A stretch of 63,990 bases of DNA, filler included, from Kipferlia bialata (lineage: Eukaryota), in NCBI GenBank assembly GCA_003568945.1. It is 5 parts of 5 records of this genome, joined end to end, with 100 filler letters (N's around TTAATTAATTAA, not from the genome) between each part and the next. Parts side by side here need not be neighbours in the genome. Positions count along the whole stretch, not along the records: positions 30,366 to 45,426 come from BDIP01000747.1; positions 45,527 to 60,572 come from BDIP01000748.1; 3 more parts are not named here. The stretch is one strand, 5' to 3'. This document shows, one piece after another, positions 38,501-52,211 of the stretch; the first letter of the stretch is position 1, and each line of letters opens with the position of its first letter. The translations under genes were made by a program, and so were the position numbers. The notes below the pieces were generated by a model. The model saw nothing but the letters and a program-made list of their open reading frames with translations, did no database searches and was not told the origin of the DNA.

Positions 38501-41500
38501 AAATACTGTCTCACATTGTAACTTGTCATACACCAACTCTCAGTGCTTCACTCGCCCCTGATTGTACAACAGACTGCAAATACAATTATATATATTATAT
38601 TCGTAGAAGAAAGGATATATATTCTATTAATGAAATATGGTATATATACTCTCAAGTCCGTACCTCCAGTGCTACCCTCCCCGCTGGATGTACAACGCCC
38701 TGCCCTCCTCCGATGCGTCTAACATGGTCATCCACTCTCTGACTAACATGGTGATTGGTATGCCAACAGTCACCAACACCATCGACTTGGGTAGCAACAT
38801 GATGTACAACAGTGTGGACGGAGAAGGTGGGTACATACTACACAATGTATATATATATATATATGTATATTCATTGAGCGCTATAGACATGAGTAGCAAC
38901 ATGATGTATAACAGTGTGGGTGAGGAAGGTGGGGTTTTCTCCATATTCTACGTTACACCATTGCTAGTCTTTAGCTCTATACCCATATGCTAACACTATC
39001 GCTACCGCCTACTTCATACATCTTCGCCGTGTCTCACCCCCAGCCTCCTCCCCTGCCTTCACGGTTAAGTCAGGACACATCACCGGAGGTATGTCAAGTT
39101 TATTCACATACCCTTAGGTGTTTCATGAATTGCTAGCCTAGTATTACTTGGTGTTCATAATAATTAATCATAATTCATCATAGTAGTATCAGATGCTATA
39201 TTTTATATATATTCATTCCAGGCACTCAGTTCTGTGCCGCCAACCGCCCCGCCTCCTCTCTCAACGATGTCTCTCAGACATGGGAGTAGTACGTGGAATA
39301 TGTATATAGCTAGAACATGTATATAATTGACCCCTTTGAGTATATGTGTTGATAACATCAACATGGTATGAATTGTCACTCACTCCAGCTTCACCCCCTC
39401 CAACGACTACTCTGAGCAGACCAGCACAGACCCTGGCACGGACACTCAGTACATAACAGGGCAGGGGTGCTCAGGTGCTACTTACACAAGATAATGGCAT
39501 GCATGCACTATATATATGTGTGTCAATATATATATATATTAGAGTATATCAAGGGGCACAGTGTAGATACAGTGGCAGGGGTGCTCAGGTATACTAGCAC
39601 TAAGATATACACACCGTGATGTTTCTGTATTCTATCATTCTTTTGTATCATATATGAGACTTACTCACCCCAGGGACCTATGCCACTGCTGGGACTCTTT
39701 GATACCTTACATGAGTATATAATATACTCTTTCCATATCTATATATATGAATGGTAATATGAGGAAGTATATGTCTCACCCCAGGCACCTATGCCACTGC
39801 TGGGACTCTTTGATATCTTACATGAGCATATCCATGTCTATATATATGAATGGTTGTATGAGGTAGTATATGTCTCACCTCAGGCACCTATGCCACTGCT
39901 GGATATGACGAGACAGACGACGGTACCAAGATCGGTACTGTCTATATCACCTCCCTCGGTGGCTATGTGCCCTCCCTCGTGGCTGCTGAGGTGGCTGCAT
40001 GTGCTGCCATACTGGTGGAGAGGTATGTTAAGTGTATTTATCTCTCTGCTCTCTTTAAGTGTCTTAAATACTCTAATCTCTAGGGATGTCGACTCCGTCA
40101 TCGTTGATCTCACCAATGCCTCTGGGGGTGACACCGCTACTGCTTCTCTAGTTCTTGAGGCACTCTTCGCACCCAACGTGTCTCCACTCCTGGTTGCTGG
40201 CACAAGCGTTACAGCAAGGTATACATCAGGATGTATATACATAATACCCATATACATAGATGCTATGACATAAATGGGCACAAGTGTTTCAGCTAGGTAT
40301 TCACATGTTTAGGTATTACGGATACTAATATGTTTCTCAATATTTAATGTATTATTCAGTGATTCACATCCAGGAACATTGTCTGTGGCAACGGTCTGTT
40401 CAACGAGGTCTACGCATGCACAGGTTCTTTCAGTATCACTCTTCAATCAAAGTATATAATAGTTTGCATATATGACAATTATATATATGTGTGTATGTAG
40501 TTGTAGAGAGAGAGAGAGAGATGCCATATCTCATGTCCAGACACCTCTGACAATGGGACTGACGACGCATACTCTGGGGTACTCAACTATGGGAGGGACT
40601 CTGCTACAAGGTATAGTATATACACATAGATACATATATAGCAACATTTCGGACAGTGTTGTTGTCTCACCTCAGAGGAGGAGTCAGTACCGGAGACAGC
40701 ACTATGGGGGTTTCTTCCAATAAGATCACTGGCCCATGTAAGTATATCTGATATAGCGATACATGCTTGCCACTGGTCTATGTATATACCTGTATTGTTT
40801 CGTTACAAATTGTTACTGGTCTTGAGTAATAATCTCATTATTCACCTCAGCCACTAAGGGTATCGGCAAGAGATACCCGTACATGATGAGCAACGTAATA
40901 GATAAGCCCAGCTCCTCCAGCATGTGTGACTTCCTCGAGGACATATTCAGTGACAGTCCTAACCCAGGTGAGGGTCAATTGTTATGAAGTATATGTTGCT
41001 GTGACAGCAACACTGTCTGTTTAGTCTACTTTGATTATTGACTCTTGAATAATGTGTATGGATGTGTCCGTAATCTCACCTCTAGAGAACATCCTGTATG
41101 CCAATGCCCTTGCCGAGCAGGCATCACTCACTAGGGTGGTGCAGATGCCAACACTCGGGGTAAATGGATCAGGTGTGTATCTATATACTATGTGTATATA
41201 TACATTCATATATTCTGAATAGGTATATTCTTACTACTCTCACTGGGTGTGAATGGGTCAGGTACACACTGTATATGTATATATATATATATATGTATAT
41301 GTATATACTTTCATATCCAGGCTCTTCCGAGGCAGTCCTGCCTTTCACAGCATGGACAAACACAGACTCAGGTAGGTTGATAATGATTCATAGTCACTGT
41401 GAGTTTCTATTTATTCAGACTTGTGCATATATGCGGAGTGTTAGTGAGTAAATCCTTCTGGCCGATCCTCAACCCAGGATCTGTAGAGCTGCACTATATA

Positions 41501-42908
41501 TACACCCTGTATCAGTATCAGTATCAATAGATGTGTCGTACTAGTATAGCGTACTGGCAGTACTCAACCCAGGATCTGTTGAGCTGGGCCCGCTACGTGA
41601 CTTCCAGCCCAACCAGGTCACGCTTGTCACAAGGTATTTACGAGTATATATGTTATTCATAGTCATACCGGTTTGAAAACGTTCCACTTACTCCCTAGCT
41701 CCTCAGTGCCGATATACTATACGTTTAATGAATGATTTTATTCACATGCATATATATATATTAGGGAATGTTATTGTATAGGTATGTCTCAACCAAGCTC
41801 CTCCTGTGCCGATATACTATACGTTTAATGAATGATATATATACACATGTATATGTATATATATATATATATGTGTTTTTGTATAGATTTGTCTCAACCC
41901 AGCTCCTCCTGTGCCGATGCATGCTCTGCTATGGTAGTGAGTGTACAAGCCCAGGTACCGTGTGTCTACTATATTGGATAGTGTTCGCAAATGTATTAAG
42001 TTTCCTTGGCCATGAATAGTATTCGCGAACGTTGTGTGAATTATGTTTCTCTGGATTAATTTGTGTTGCCTATTCTAACCATCAGCGCCTGGGTAGTGTC
42101 CTGACTATTGGCCTTGATGGCCAGTACTCAGCTGCCACCAAGACATCAGTACTAGAGGACATGGGGTACAAGAGATCAACCACCATGGGTGAGTGGTATG
42201 TATATAGAGTGGGAGGCATAGTACTGTTTTACGTGTTAAGTGTTTCGAGATTCCAGTCTTGTTTACGTGATAGTCCAAATACAATAGTACATCCACAATT
42301 ATGGTTCCCTGACCTCCAGGTGTGTTCACTGTCCCCCTTGCAGTTGGTGACTCCTCGGTGCCCCAGGCAGAGACAATCACAGTGAGGTATATATATACAT
42401 ATATGTATACTGATTCTGCGGTAGAACGTGCATCTGTATGTTACTTGCTCTGTTGTAGCATGTCAAGGTATGTCATTCTTGCCTCATATTCAGTGATGGA
42501 TCCAACAGTGCCACCGGACATGTCCGATGGAGCAACTCAGCTGATGAGAGTGAAGATACTGTCATTGGTACGTCTGTATTTGCACGTATAGATGTATATG
42601 TATACTGCACAAAAGTACCCCAAGCCATGGTCATTCATCCCCACTCTCTCGGAGAGACTCCCTTTGTATACTATATTGTCATATACCACTCTCTTTCTCA
42701 TAGGCACTCCCCGCTGTTTTGCCCATGTCGCGATCTTATAATTTCGTTACGTAACTGCGAATACATTACACCTCTTCTGACTCCAGACTCCACCCTTGCC
42801 CTTTATGCCAATGCCGTCATCCTCTCTCTCTTTCTATATATATACATATTAACATATTCACTCTAGACACCCCCCTAGCCCCCTATGACAATGCCCTCAT
42901 CCTCTCTC

Positions 42909-42951
<43 letters not shown>

Positions 42952-44692
42952 ATATATATATACATATTCACACTAGACACCCCCCTAGCCCCCTATGCCA
43001 ATGCCGTCATCCTCGAGTCCCTGTTCAGTCCAGATGATGTTGCAGCTGGAGCCCATATGGCAGCTGTAGAGTTCAGTAATGTGGTATGTATTAAAGTATA
43101 TAGAANNNNNNNNNNNNNNNNNNNNNNNNNNNNNNNNNNNNNNNNNNNNNGTATATAGAATATATGACATACATAATTATGTGTATAGAGGGAGGCATCA
43201 GGGGCACACATGGCAGCTGTAGAGTTCAGTAATGTGGTATGTAATTAAGTATATATACACATTAGAATGATGTATTCAAAAGTATGTATATTATAGCTGG
43301 GGCCCATATGACAGCACTCGAGTTCAGTAGTGTGGTATGTATACCTGCTCATTCCATTGGTGTGTAATAGGTATATGTGTATAGTCGACTCTGCCTTTTG
43401 AATGGTGCCATTAACATCGATGTAGCACTTTGTGTTCATTGTTCTGTACTAAGACATGAACAACTGTGCTTGATTGACATCCAGCGTCGTCTGCAGTGTG
43501 GTAACATTGTCACCAGTGACAACATACTGTACACTGTGGCCAACACATACACTGTCCCCATGCCTGACACACTTCCAGCAGAGGGTAAGCGTATTGCACT
43601 CGTCGTGTAGATACTACTATCATGTAAATGCTATTATGAGATCTACTACTCGTAGTGTAGATGAGTTCATATTGGGTAAGCAGGTAGCGTATATACTTGT
43701 ATCAAGATTGTACGATTGTTACAGTTACTCTGATACCAGACGAGTGTGTGACTGTTGACTGGGTGGATGCCGACCAGCTGTACCCTGCCGTCAAGACCAG
43801 CGTGTCCGTCGAGGCTGTCGAGGGCGCCGCCATTCCATTCGGCTGTGAGGTATACACTCTTAAGGGTCTTTCCACTTTAGACTTGGCTACAAGTTCTCTT
43901 TGCTACTGAACTTCCATTATACTGCAAGAGCCTCTCTGACCCAGGTTGCCGAGGGCGAGACCTCCTATACTGTCAATATGTACAGCTGCAACACGGGCGA
44001 GGGTCTGCGTCTGATGGGTCCCAGGGCCACCTGTGGTTACGAGCCTATGTCGGTGTGTGCCAACATCCTGCCCACCAAGATGGAGGTATGTACTTTGTGC
44101 ACACCAGTCAATATTTGTCGTTAAGGTCACCGGGAACTATCTTCTACACTATACCACCGGTGTTTTACCCCTAGGCCTACTCCTCCTACATCACTGCCAA
44201 CCTTGGTCTGATGTGTTCCTTAGTTGGCATGGTCCTTCTTGTGCTGACATGCCTCATCATGGGGGTCAGGGGGCTGGTGAAGGCATCCAAGGTATATATA
44301 TACTATATATACTACTATATTTACTATATATACTATATTTACTATATATATACTATATATTCTGGCAATGGCATCAAAGGTAGAGGAACAATATGTAGCA
44401 TCACAATATTTTAATGTACTAGTGATCTATCTGAAAGTAACATGTCCCCACACTACTAGACTCTGCTAAGAAGCTAACCTCTTACACTTCAGATCAAGAG
44501 TGATTCCAGCGGTACTTCTAATTAAGCTCAGGCTGTATGATGACGTCTACTATCTTGAATGCTATCAACCCCAGATCCAGAGTGATCTATATGACATAAA
44601 TTGTCTTGGATATATATCTTACCCCCCAGGTCAAGAGTGACAGGGACAAGGAGGTCCTACGTGCTGCCAGTGGACTCAGCATGGTGTGCTAG
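34736..44692 (+). CDS. Membrane-anchored peptidase S41-like protein (fungal/protist type), probably catalytically inactive; 5' end uncertain
   Basis: Roughly 30 exons. Motifs DVDSVIVDLTNASGG (S41 IDLxxNGGG) and FQPNQVTLVTSSSCADACS (cf. F.PENIVILTDG.CASTC). C-terminal TM LGLMCSLVGMVLLVLTCLIMGV, then a short tail ...GLSMVC* (TAG 44690-44692). Assembly gap at 43106-43150. Confidence 0.6.
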
Positions 44693-45392
44693 GGAGTGTG
44701 TATATGGTGTATGTATATAGGGTATCCAGGGTGATAGGTGGATATGCTGAGAGAATGTGAGTTGAATGCGATATGACTTGTATAGTCGTCACTTGAAATT
44801 AGCAGCCTTTCTGGCTGTGTGTGTATTGCGTGTCTTTTGAGAGAGTTCAAGTGCATGTCGAGTAAATGTAATTGTGTGTAAGAGGTCATGTATAAGCAGG
44901 CACGATTTACCATGTGTTTCATTATGTGTTTCATTATGTGTTCATCCACTCTATCATAGCTAATCATTATTGATATTTATAGCATGGGTGTCAATTATTT
45001 ATATAAGCATGGCAATAATTAGAAAGCCGCCGGATTAAGGTACTTCTACGTATCGTCAATAGAATCTATTGATGATGGAATACTTGTGACGCTAGACCCT
45101 TAGTTTGACACCGATTCCTTGACCAAGCAGAGCCACATCTGCATCTCTCCATACAGTAGGCTGAGTGCCTGTAAGGCCATCACAATGAAAGGTAGGGAGC
45201 AGTATATCAAGTATACTTATGGGGAATATTGCTGGCTGTCGGATACTTGGCTACTAGGCGTTATGGTCAATCCTAGTGTGGAATTCGTATGATAGGGTAG
45301 ATTCATCATGTCTGTCTATGTTGTATGATAGGCGAGGGAGTCACCCATAGGCCACATATGAATATACTCGTCTAATCTAGTCATACTAACAG

Positions 45393-45423
<31 letters not shown>

Positions 45424-45426
45424 ACC

Positions 45427-45526
45427 NNNNNNNNNNNNNNNNNNNNNNNNNNNNNNNNNNNNNNNNNNNNTTAATTAATTAANNNNNNNNNNNNNNNNNN
45501 NNNNNNNNNNNNNNNNNNNNNNNNNN
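45427..45526. other. Artificial contig linker
   Basis: N-TTAATTAATTAA-N, 100 nt. Confidence 0.97.
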
Positions 45527-45571
<45 letters not shown>

Positions 45572-48271
45572 GAGAGATACCATCTCCCACTCAGAGGGAC
45601 ACTGACGTTTAGGGGCTCGAGGGAGAGAGAGAGAGAGCAAAGGCCGGAGTGGGACTACCATCTCCAGCAACATCATATATATACGCAGAGAGAGAGAGAG
45701 ATGTCACCTTATCCTTGAGCTTGGCAGGTGTCACCAGGAGGAATGGTCTCTTGCCCATGCTCTCCCACCTGATATAAGACAGATTGTAACAACATATTGT
45801 AATATATATAATATATAATGAATATTCAGTAATATGAATATTAATGAATATTAATGAAACACGGGTATTGAGAGAAAGAAGAAGGGTCTCTTGCCCATGC
45901 TCTCCCACCTGATATGAGACAGATTGCAATGACACATTGCAATTTATAGTAAAAAAATATAATATAGCACAAGTGATGAGAGAAAGAAAGAAGAAGAGAA
46001 TGTTCTCCTGCCCATGCTCTCCCACCTGGTGTTAGATGGATGAAAGTAGAACTATACACAGATGTGTAAAGTATAATTATATGTGTGGCACATAGCGGCT
46101 ATAATAATAGATATATAGTTGCATAGACTTATCAGAGAGAATAGTATATATCTGTATACCTGGTGGTACATTACTACAGAAGTTCTCTAATATAGTAGTC
46201 TAGTAAAGTAGCAATACAGTAGAAATCTTATACTAATATTTATACATATATAATATATAAAATATATATAATATGTATATTATATATGCTAAGAATTATA
46301 CCTGATGGTAGCACACCGCAGCTCGCGTCTGATGGTTCTAAGGACATCGTTGAGCTCCGACTGAAGATGAGACGATACAGCCTTATACACTAGTGTGGAT
46401 CACATGAAATGTTACACTGCAGTACATATTTAGGTACTATTAGCTGCGATATATATACTACGATTCACCATCTAATATATATACTCCTAAATAGTTATAC
46501 ATTGTCCAATACCTCCAGGCTCTGCCTCCTCTCCTCGATGTTGTACATGTCCAACCATACCAGTACCATTATTATATTATATATATATTATATTATGTAT
46601 ATATACTGAAGTATTATACAGTATATTACACTATCTACCTCTAAGCTCTGCCTCCTCTCCTCGATGTTGTAACTCTCTAGTCGATGTCATATAATGTATC
46701 CATAATACTATACTATATTATACTATGTACCTCTAAGCTCTGCCTCCTCTCCTCGATGTTGTACATGTCACTCCCAGGGGCTGCAACAAGGGTGATGGAC
46801 CTTGCATTAACATGAAAAATTATGTAAGGTATATTATGTGTGGATTATCAGCCAGTCACATAAAGATGGTCTCAAACAATTGGCAAGAGAATTATACACT
46901 CACTTGTCTGAGATCTACCCGTAATATCATCTAAATACATCTACACGATAATTACTACACGATACACTCACTTGTCCGAGTTGAGTGTGACATGGCTGGA
47001 TGTGACATCTACAAAAGTATCATCTACATATAAATATATATCTACACGATAATTACTACACGATATACACTCACTTGTCACTGTTGAGTGTGACATGGCT
47101 GGATGTGACATCAACCAGTAGTATCATCTAAATATAGTAATGCATCTATACTATATTACTACACGATATATACTCACTTGTCACTGTTGAGTGTGACATG
47201 GCTGGATGTGACATCTACATAAGTATCATCTACATATAGATATATATCTACACGATAATCACTACACGATACACACTCACTTGTCACTGTTGAGTGTGAC
47301 ATGGCTGGATGTGACATCTGCCATCAACTGACCCAGGCTGTCCCAGACAGGGGAGGCAAGGCCTGGGTATGAGGCACTGTGTCTCCTAATGTATACACAG
47401 ATACATATATAAATATATACTAGTATAAATATAATGAATATATATATATAAATATATATATACCTTCTGATATGAGTCCCTTCTCCCCTGCCTCCATGGC
47501 ACTGTGTCTCAGTGACTCAACCTTGGCACACACAGAGGACAGAGCATGTAGGAGCCTAATGGGTAAATTGGGAGTATAAGTATACATATATATATATACT
47601 TATATATTATATATATATATTTATTGGCAGAGACAGAGGACAGGGCGTGGAGGAGCCTATTGTTAGTGCACTATTATATACACATATGTAAATATAGTAG
47701 ACACACATATATATAATAGCTGTGAATGAACCCTAGAGGACACAAGGGACAGGGCAAGTAAGAGTCTATGGTTAAGTGGGAAAATTAATATATACATGAT
47801 AGTAAGTATAGTTTACTGTGCAAGGCAAAGTAGTAGACAGGGCATGTAAGAGTACGTGATATAGTAGTTATGGATAATACATAGTGCAAGAATGTAAACA
47901 ATATATATCAATATATATAAGTATACGAATAGTCCTCTACCCCGCCATCTGGGCGTCTGAGTCCACCACAGCAGGAAGTATAATAAAGTCCAACATAGCA
48001 CATATCTACCTCATATATCTAATTAATGTATACATATATATCTGTGTGCATATCCATGAATGATACTATACTATACCTAGCCATCTGGGCGTCTGAGTCC
48101 AAAGACATATTGTGCCACAGAGTATATATATATGTACCTTATATGAATATAGTATCTATATATATGTGTGTGTTATACCTAGCCATCTGGGCGTCTGAGT
48201 CCACCACGGTGGTGGCCCTTCTGACCAGGAGGGGGATGTCGGGGACAGCTGGGAGTGAAAAATAGAGTCAC

Positions 48272-48305
<34 letters not shown>

Positions 48306-51300
48306 TATATGTAGAGAAGAAAGACACACGCACGTGAAACGCATAAATAGTATATATAGTCTGTGGGATATTAGTATATAGGGTACCTGCCACAAACTGT
48401 GCCAGTGTCTGTCTGTAGTCTGCACTGGACAGGATGCTAGAGATAGAGCGGTGCCTAGGGGTGAGACAAAACTGTACCAGCAATAATTGCCAATTGTTTT
48501 GCACCTTCCAATCACACGTGCCTTGCGGATATCATTCTGTCTAACTATAATCTATATAATCGTTATGTATTATTAATCTATGTATTCTAGTTATGTACTA
48601 GCACATAAATAAGGTAGTTCTTCTAATCACATGTACCTTGCTGATATCATTCTGGTGTCCCTCAGTGGTCTTAGCAGCCACTGCCTCAGTAGGCGTCTGG
48701 GATGAGAAGAGAGTGGAATACACACATACATAATACACACATACATAATATAGGTAGTGAAATGCCGATACAAGAGTGACATCTCGCTATGTATGGTACT
48801 TGTGAGCGTCACTATAGTGTATGATGTTACATACATAAGACACCATACATCCCCATGCTAGTGGCACAGTGTTATATATATACCCACTATATCATACACC
48901 TTATAGCACATAGTATACTGTACCTTCCCATGCTTGTTCCACATCTGTCCAATACGTTGGTTGTGATGTTGAAATATGAAACGTGTATACATATACACAT
49001 GCACTGTACCTCCCCATGCTAGTTGCACATCTGTCCAGAGAGGCCAGGACACTCGCAGAGCCCTGTACTCTGAGGGTTAGTGCATAATACACACCATATA
49101 CTACAATATCATAAATGTGCAATAACACCGTATGATGTTAAGTGAATGGACATCAGTATGTAGGATACACTATACTATATATACCCTATATACTCTACAT
49201 ATACCATTCACTTCATACCTTGTGATGTTTTGTGTATCCACCAAGGACAGTCCCAATATGGCAGACCCATCCTCATCATAGCTCTCTCTCTCTCTCTCTC
49301 CCTCTCTCCATATATACATATATATATGTGTGTGTGTGTCTATACTACTCTTCATACCTTGTGATATTTAAGGCATCCACCAATGATAGCCCTAGGATGG
49401 CAGACCCATCCACATAGCAGCTATCTCTCTCTCTATATATATATAAATATATATTCCCATATATAAATGTCTCTATACATTCATACCTGGTGATGTTAAG
49501 AGCGTCCACTAATGACAGTCCCAGGATGGCAGACCCATCCACATCACAGCTCTCTCTCTCTCTCTCTATTTCTCTCTATCTATACATCTATATATTCATA
49601 CAAATACCTAGTAATGTTCAGAGCGTCCACCAAGGATAACCCTAGGATGGCAGACCCATCCACATAGCAGTGGGTGGAGGCAATGTCATGGCCGGGGACA
49701 AACCTGGAGTAAGATATATATGGACATCTATAAATGTAGATATATATATATGTGTGTATAGATAGCAGTGGGTGGAGGCAATGTCATGACCTGGCACAAA
49801 CCTAGAGTAAGAGGAATATGTGTATAGGTACAAATTATATCGATGGACAGGGAGTGCAGGTATACAGATATACATATGATATACACTATACACATATATG
49901 TACTATATATAACTATACATATATATGTACTATATACCTCAGGTCCACCCTCTTTCCATCGATGGACAGGGAGTGCAGGTACTGACCAACTAGCCAACCC
50001 GCATGGACAATACTCTCTCTCTCTCCCTAGACGTTAGGGGAACACACACATATGCTATGCATAAATATGTAACTATCTACCTGTACACATACGTGTATAT
50101 ATACATATGAAAGCATATATAGGTATATATATACATATACACATACCTCCCCTACCCCAAATGCACTGACAGCAGCAGCCAGCTCAGAGCCAAGGTCGCC
50201 TTAGGATTAGATGTGAAGTATGTGCAGTTCCTGAAGCTATATATATGTATATATATAATAATAATATATATGTATATAGCCAACCGACAGCAGCAGCCAA
50301 CTCAGAGCCAAGGTCGCCTAGGGGTAAGAAAGAGACAGGATATAGTGCTGATTCCACCATTGGTCGTCTTAAAAACATGTTATACATATTAGAAGAATAT
50401 CATATGTAATTTGCACTAACCCAGTGAGTCGAATGCCGCTGTGGCTGTCTCTGGGGCATCCTTCACAATGAGGTGCCTGGGAGTTAGTACATCCACACTA
50501 CACACCTACTACATGATATGTACTGGTACTGATACTGTAGATACAATGTAGACCCAAGATATACATAGTATATACTATCTATATACAATACCTGCTACAG
50601 TCCACTGCACTCCTAAGCATCTAAACATGACACTAGATGAACAGAGTAAATATGCACTATCTATATAGTACCTGCTAGAGTCCACCGCACTCCTCAGGAT
50701 GCGTCTGACCTCACCAGACACACCGCAGGCCAGGATCTCTGGGGATAAGATTATGTATTACGATATAGGATATATACTGTATTCATTTATACAGTAATAC
50801 ATATATATGTGTATCCACACCACAGGCAAGGATCTCTAGAGATGAGTTTAGAGATCAACTACCGGTGTATATACTGTATGAAGGGGCCGACACCAGAGTA
50901 AAAGCTATCGACACACACATGATTATAGTGTGTATTCATACATATACATATACACACACTTGCTGGAGCTCTCAAGGCCAGTGGCGATATAAGTACGCAC
51001 AATTAAGTACTAAATGCCATATATATATAAATATATATATATAAATACATAAATACATATATTCATACATACATAAACACGAATGCATACCTGCTGGAGC
51101 ACTCAAGGCCAGTGCCGATATCAGTGCGGCATGGGAGGCAGAGAGGGCAAGGTTCTCGAGGGTGGCTGAGAGTGAGACTCAGAATGTATAAGTATATACT
51201 TCTGTTGAACAGTATACATTATCAAGAGAGAGAAATACAGCGATGGGAGGCATGGTAGCCAATCAATATTATGAGTCCCACCATAGCAATTTCACCAGCG

Positions 51301-51661
51301 AATAATAGAGTTATATGCTTCCTACCTGTGTTTGTGACTGGGTTGTATGCATAGGATAGTCATATACAAGAATACTTATACATATAATAGTATATATACT
51401 TGTATAATAATAAATATCCTAGTATAACAATATGCTTCCCTACCTGTGTTTGTGACTGGGTTGTATGCACAGACTGATATCACCCCTGGGCTAGAGGGGT
51501 GACAGGAGACACCAAGGAGACCGGAGCGGCGCATGCCTAATGTGAGACATGCTCAAATCATATATATAGTAAACATCTATATATTAATAAACACATATAT
51601 ATCCTTTCCCACTAGCAGGTCTGGGTCATCCACGGTGCCTGGCCCTATACAAATATGTACA

Positions 51662-51697
<36 letters not shown>

Positions 51698-52176
51698 TAT
51701 GTATATGACTATATATTTGTACATAAATACATGTCTATGCATAAATACCTACTAGCAGGTCTGGATCATCCACTGTGCCTGGGCTCAACAGCTCAACACA
51801 GATACATTCAATATAAACATACATATATATATATATGTGTACTATTAATTCAAGTCTATGTATAACTACCTACTAGAATATCTGGGTCATCTATATACAT
51901 ATATATTAGAATACTAACCCACTAGCAGGTCTGGGTCATCCACTGTGCCTGGGCTCAACAGCTCAACACATATAATTTCAATATAGACATATAAGTATAA
52001 GTATGCGCATATATACATATGTATTTATATATTCAGATTATNNNNATAAGTATAAGTATGCGCATATATACATATGTATTTATATATTCAGATTATATAC
52101 TCACCCACTAGCAGGTCTGGGTCATCCACTGTGCCTGGGCTCAACAGCTCCACACATATAATTTCAATATAGACAC

Positions 52177-52211
<35 letters not shown>

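Noticed and set aside
52001..52094. Exact ~50-nt direct repeat flanking NNNN
   Set aside because: This is a typical unmerged overlap at a scaffold gap, not a biological duplication.
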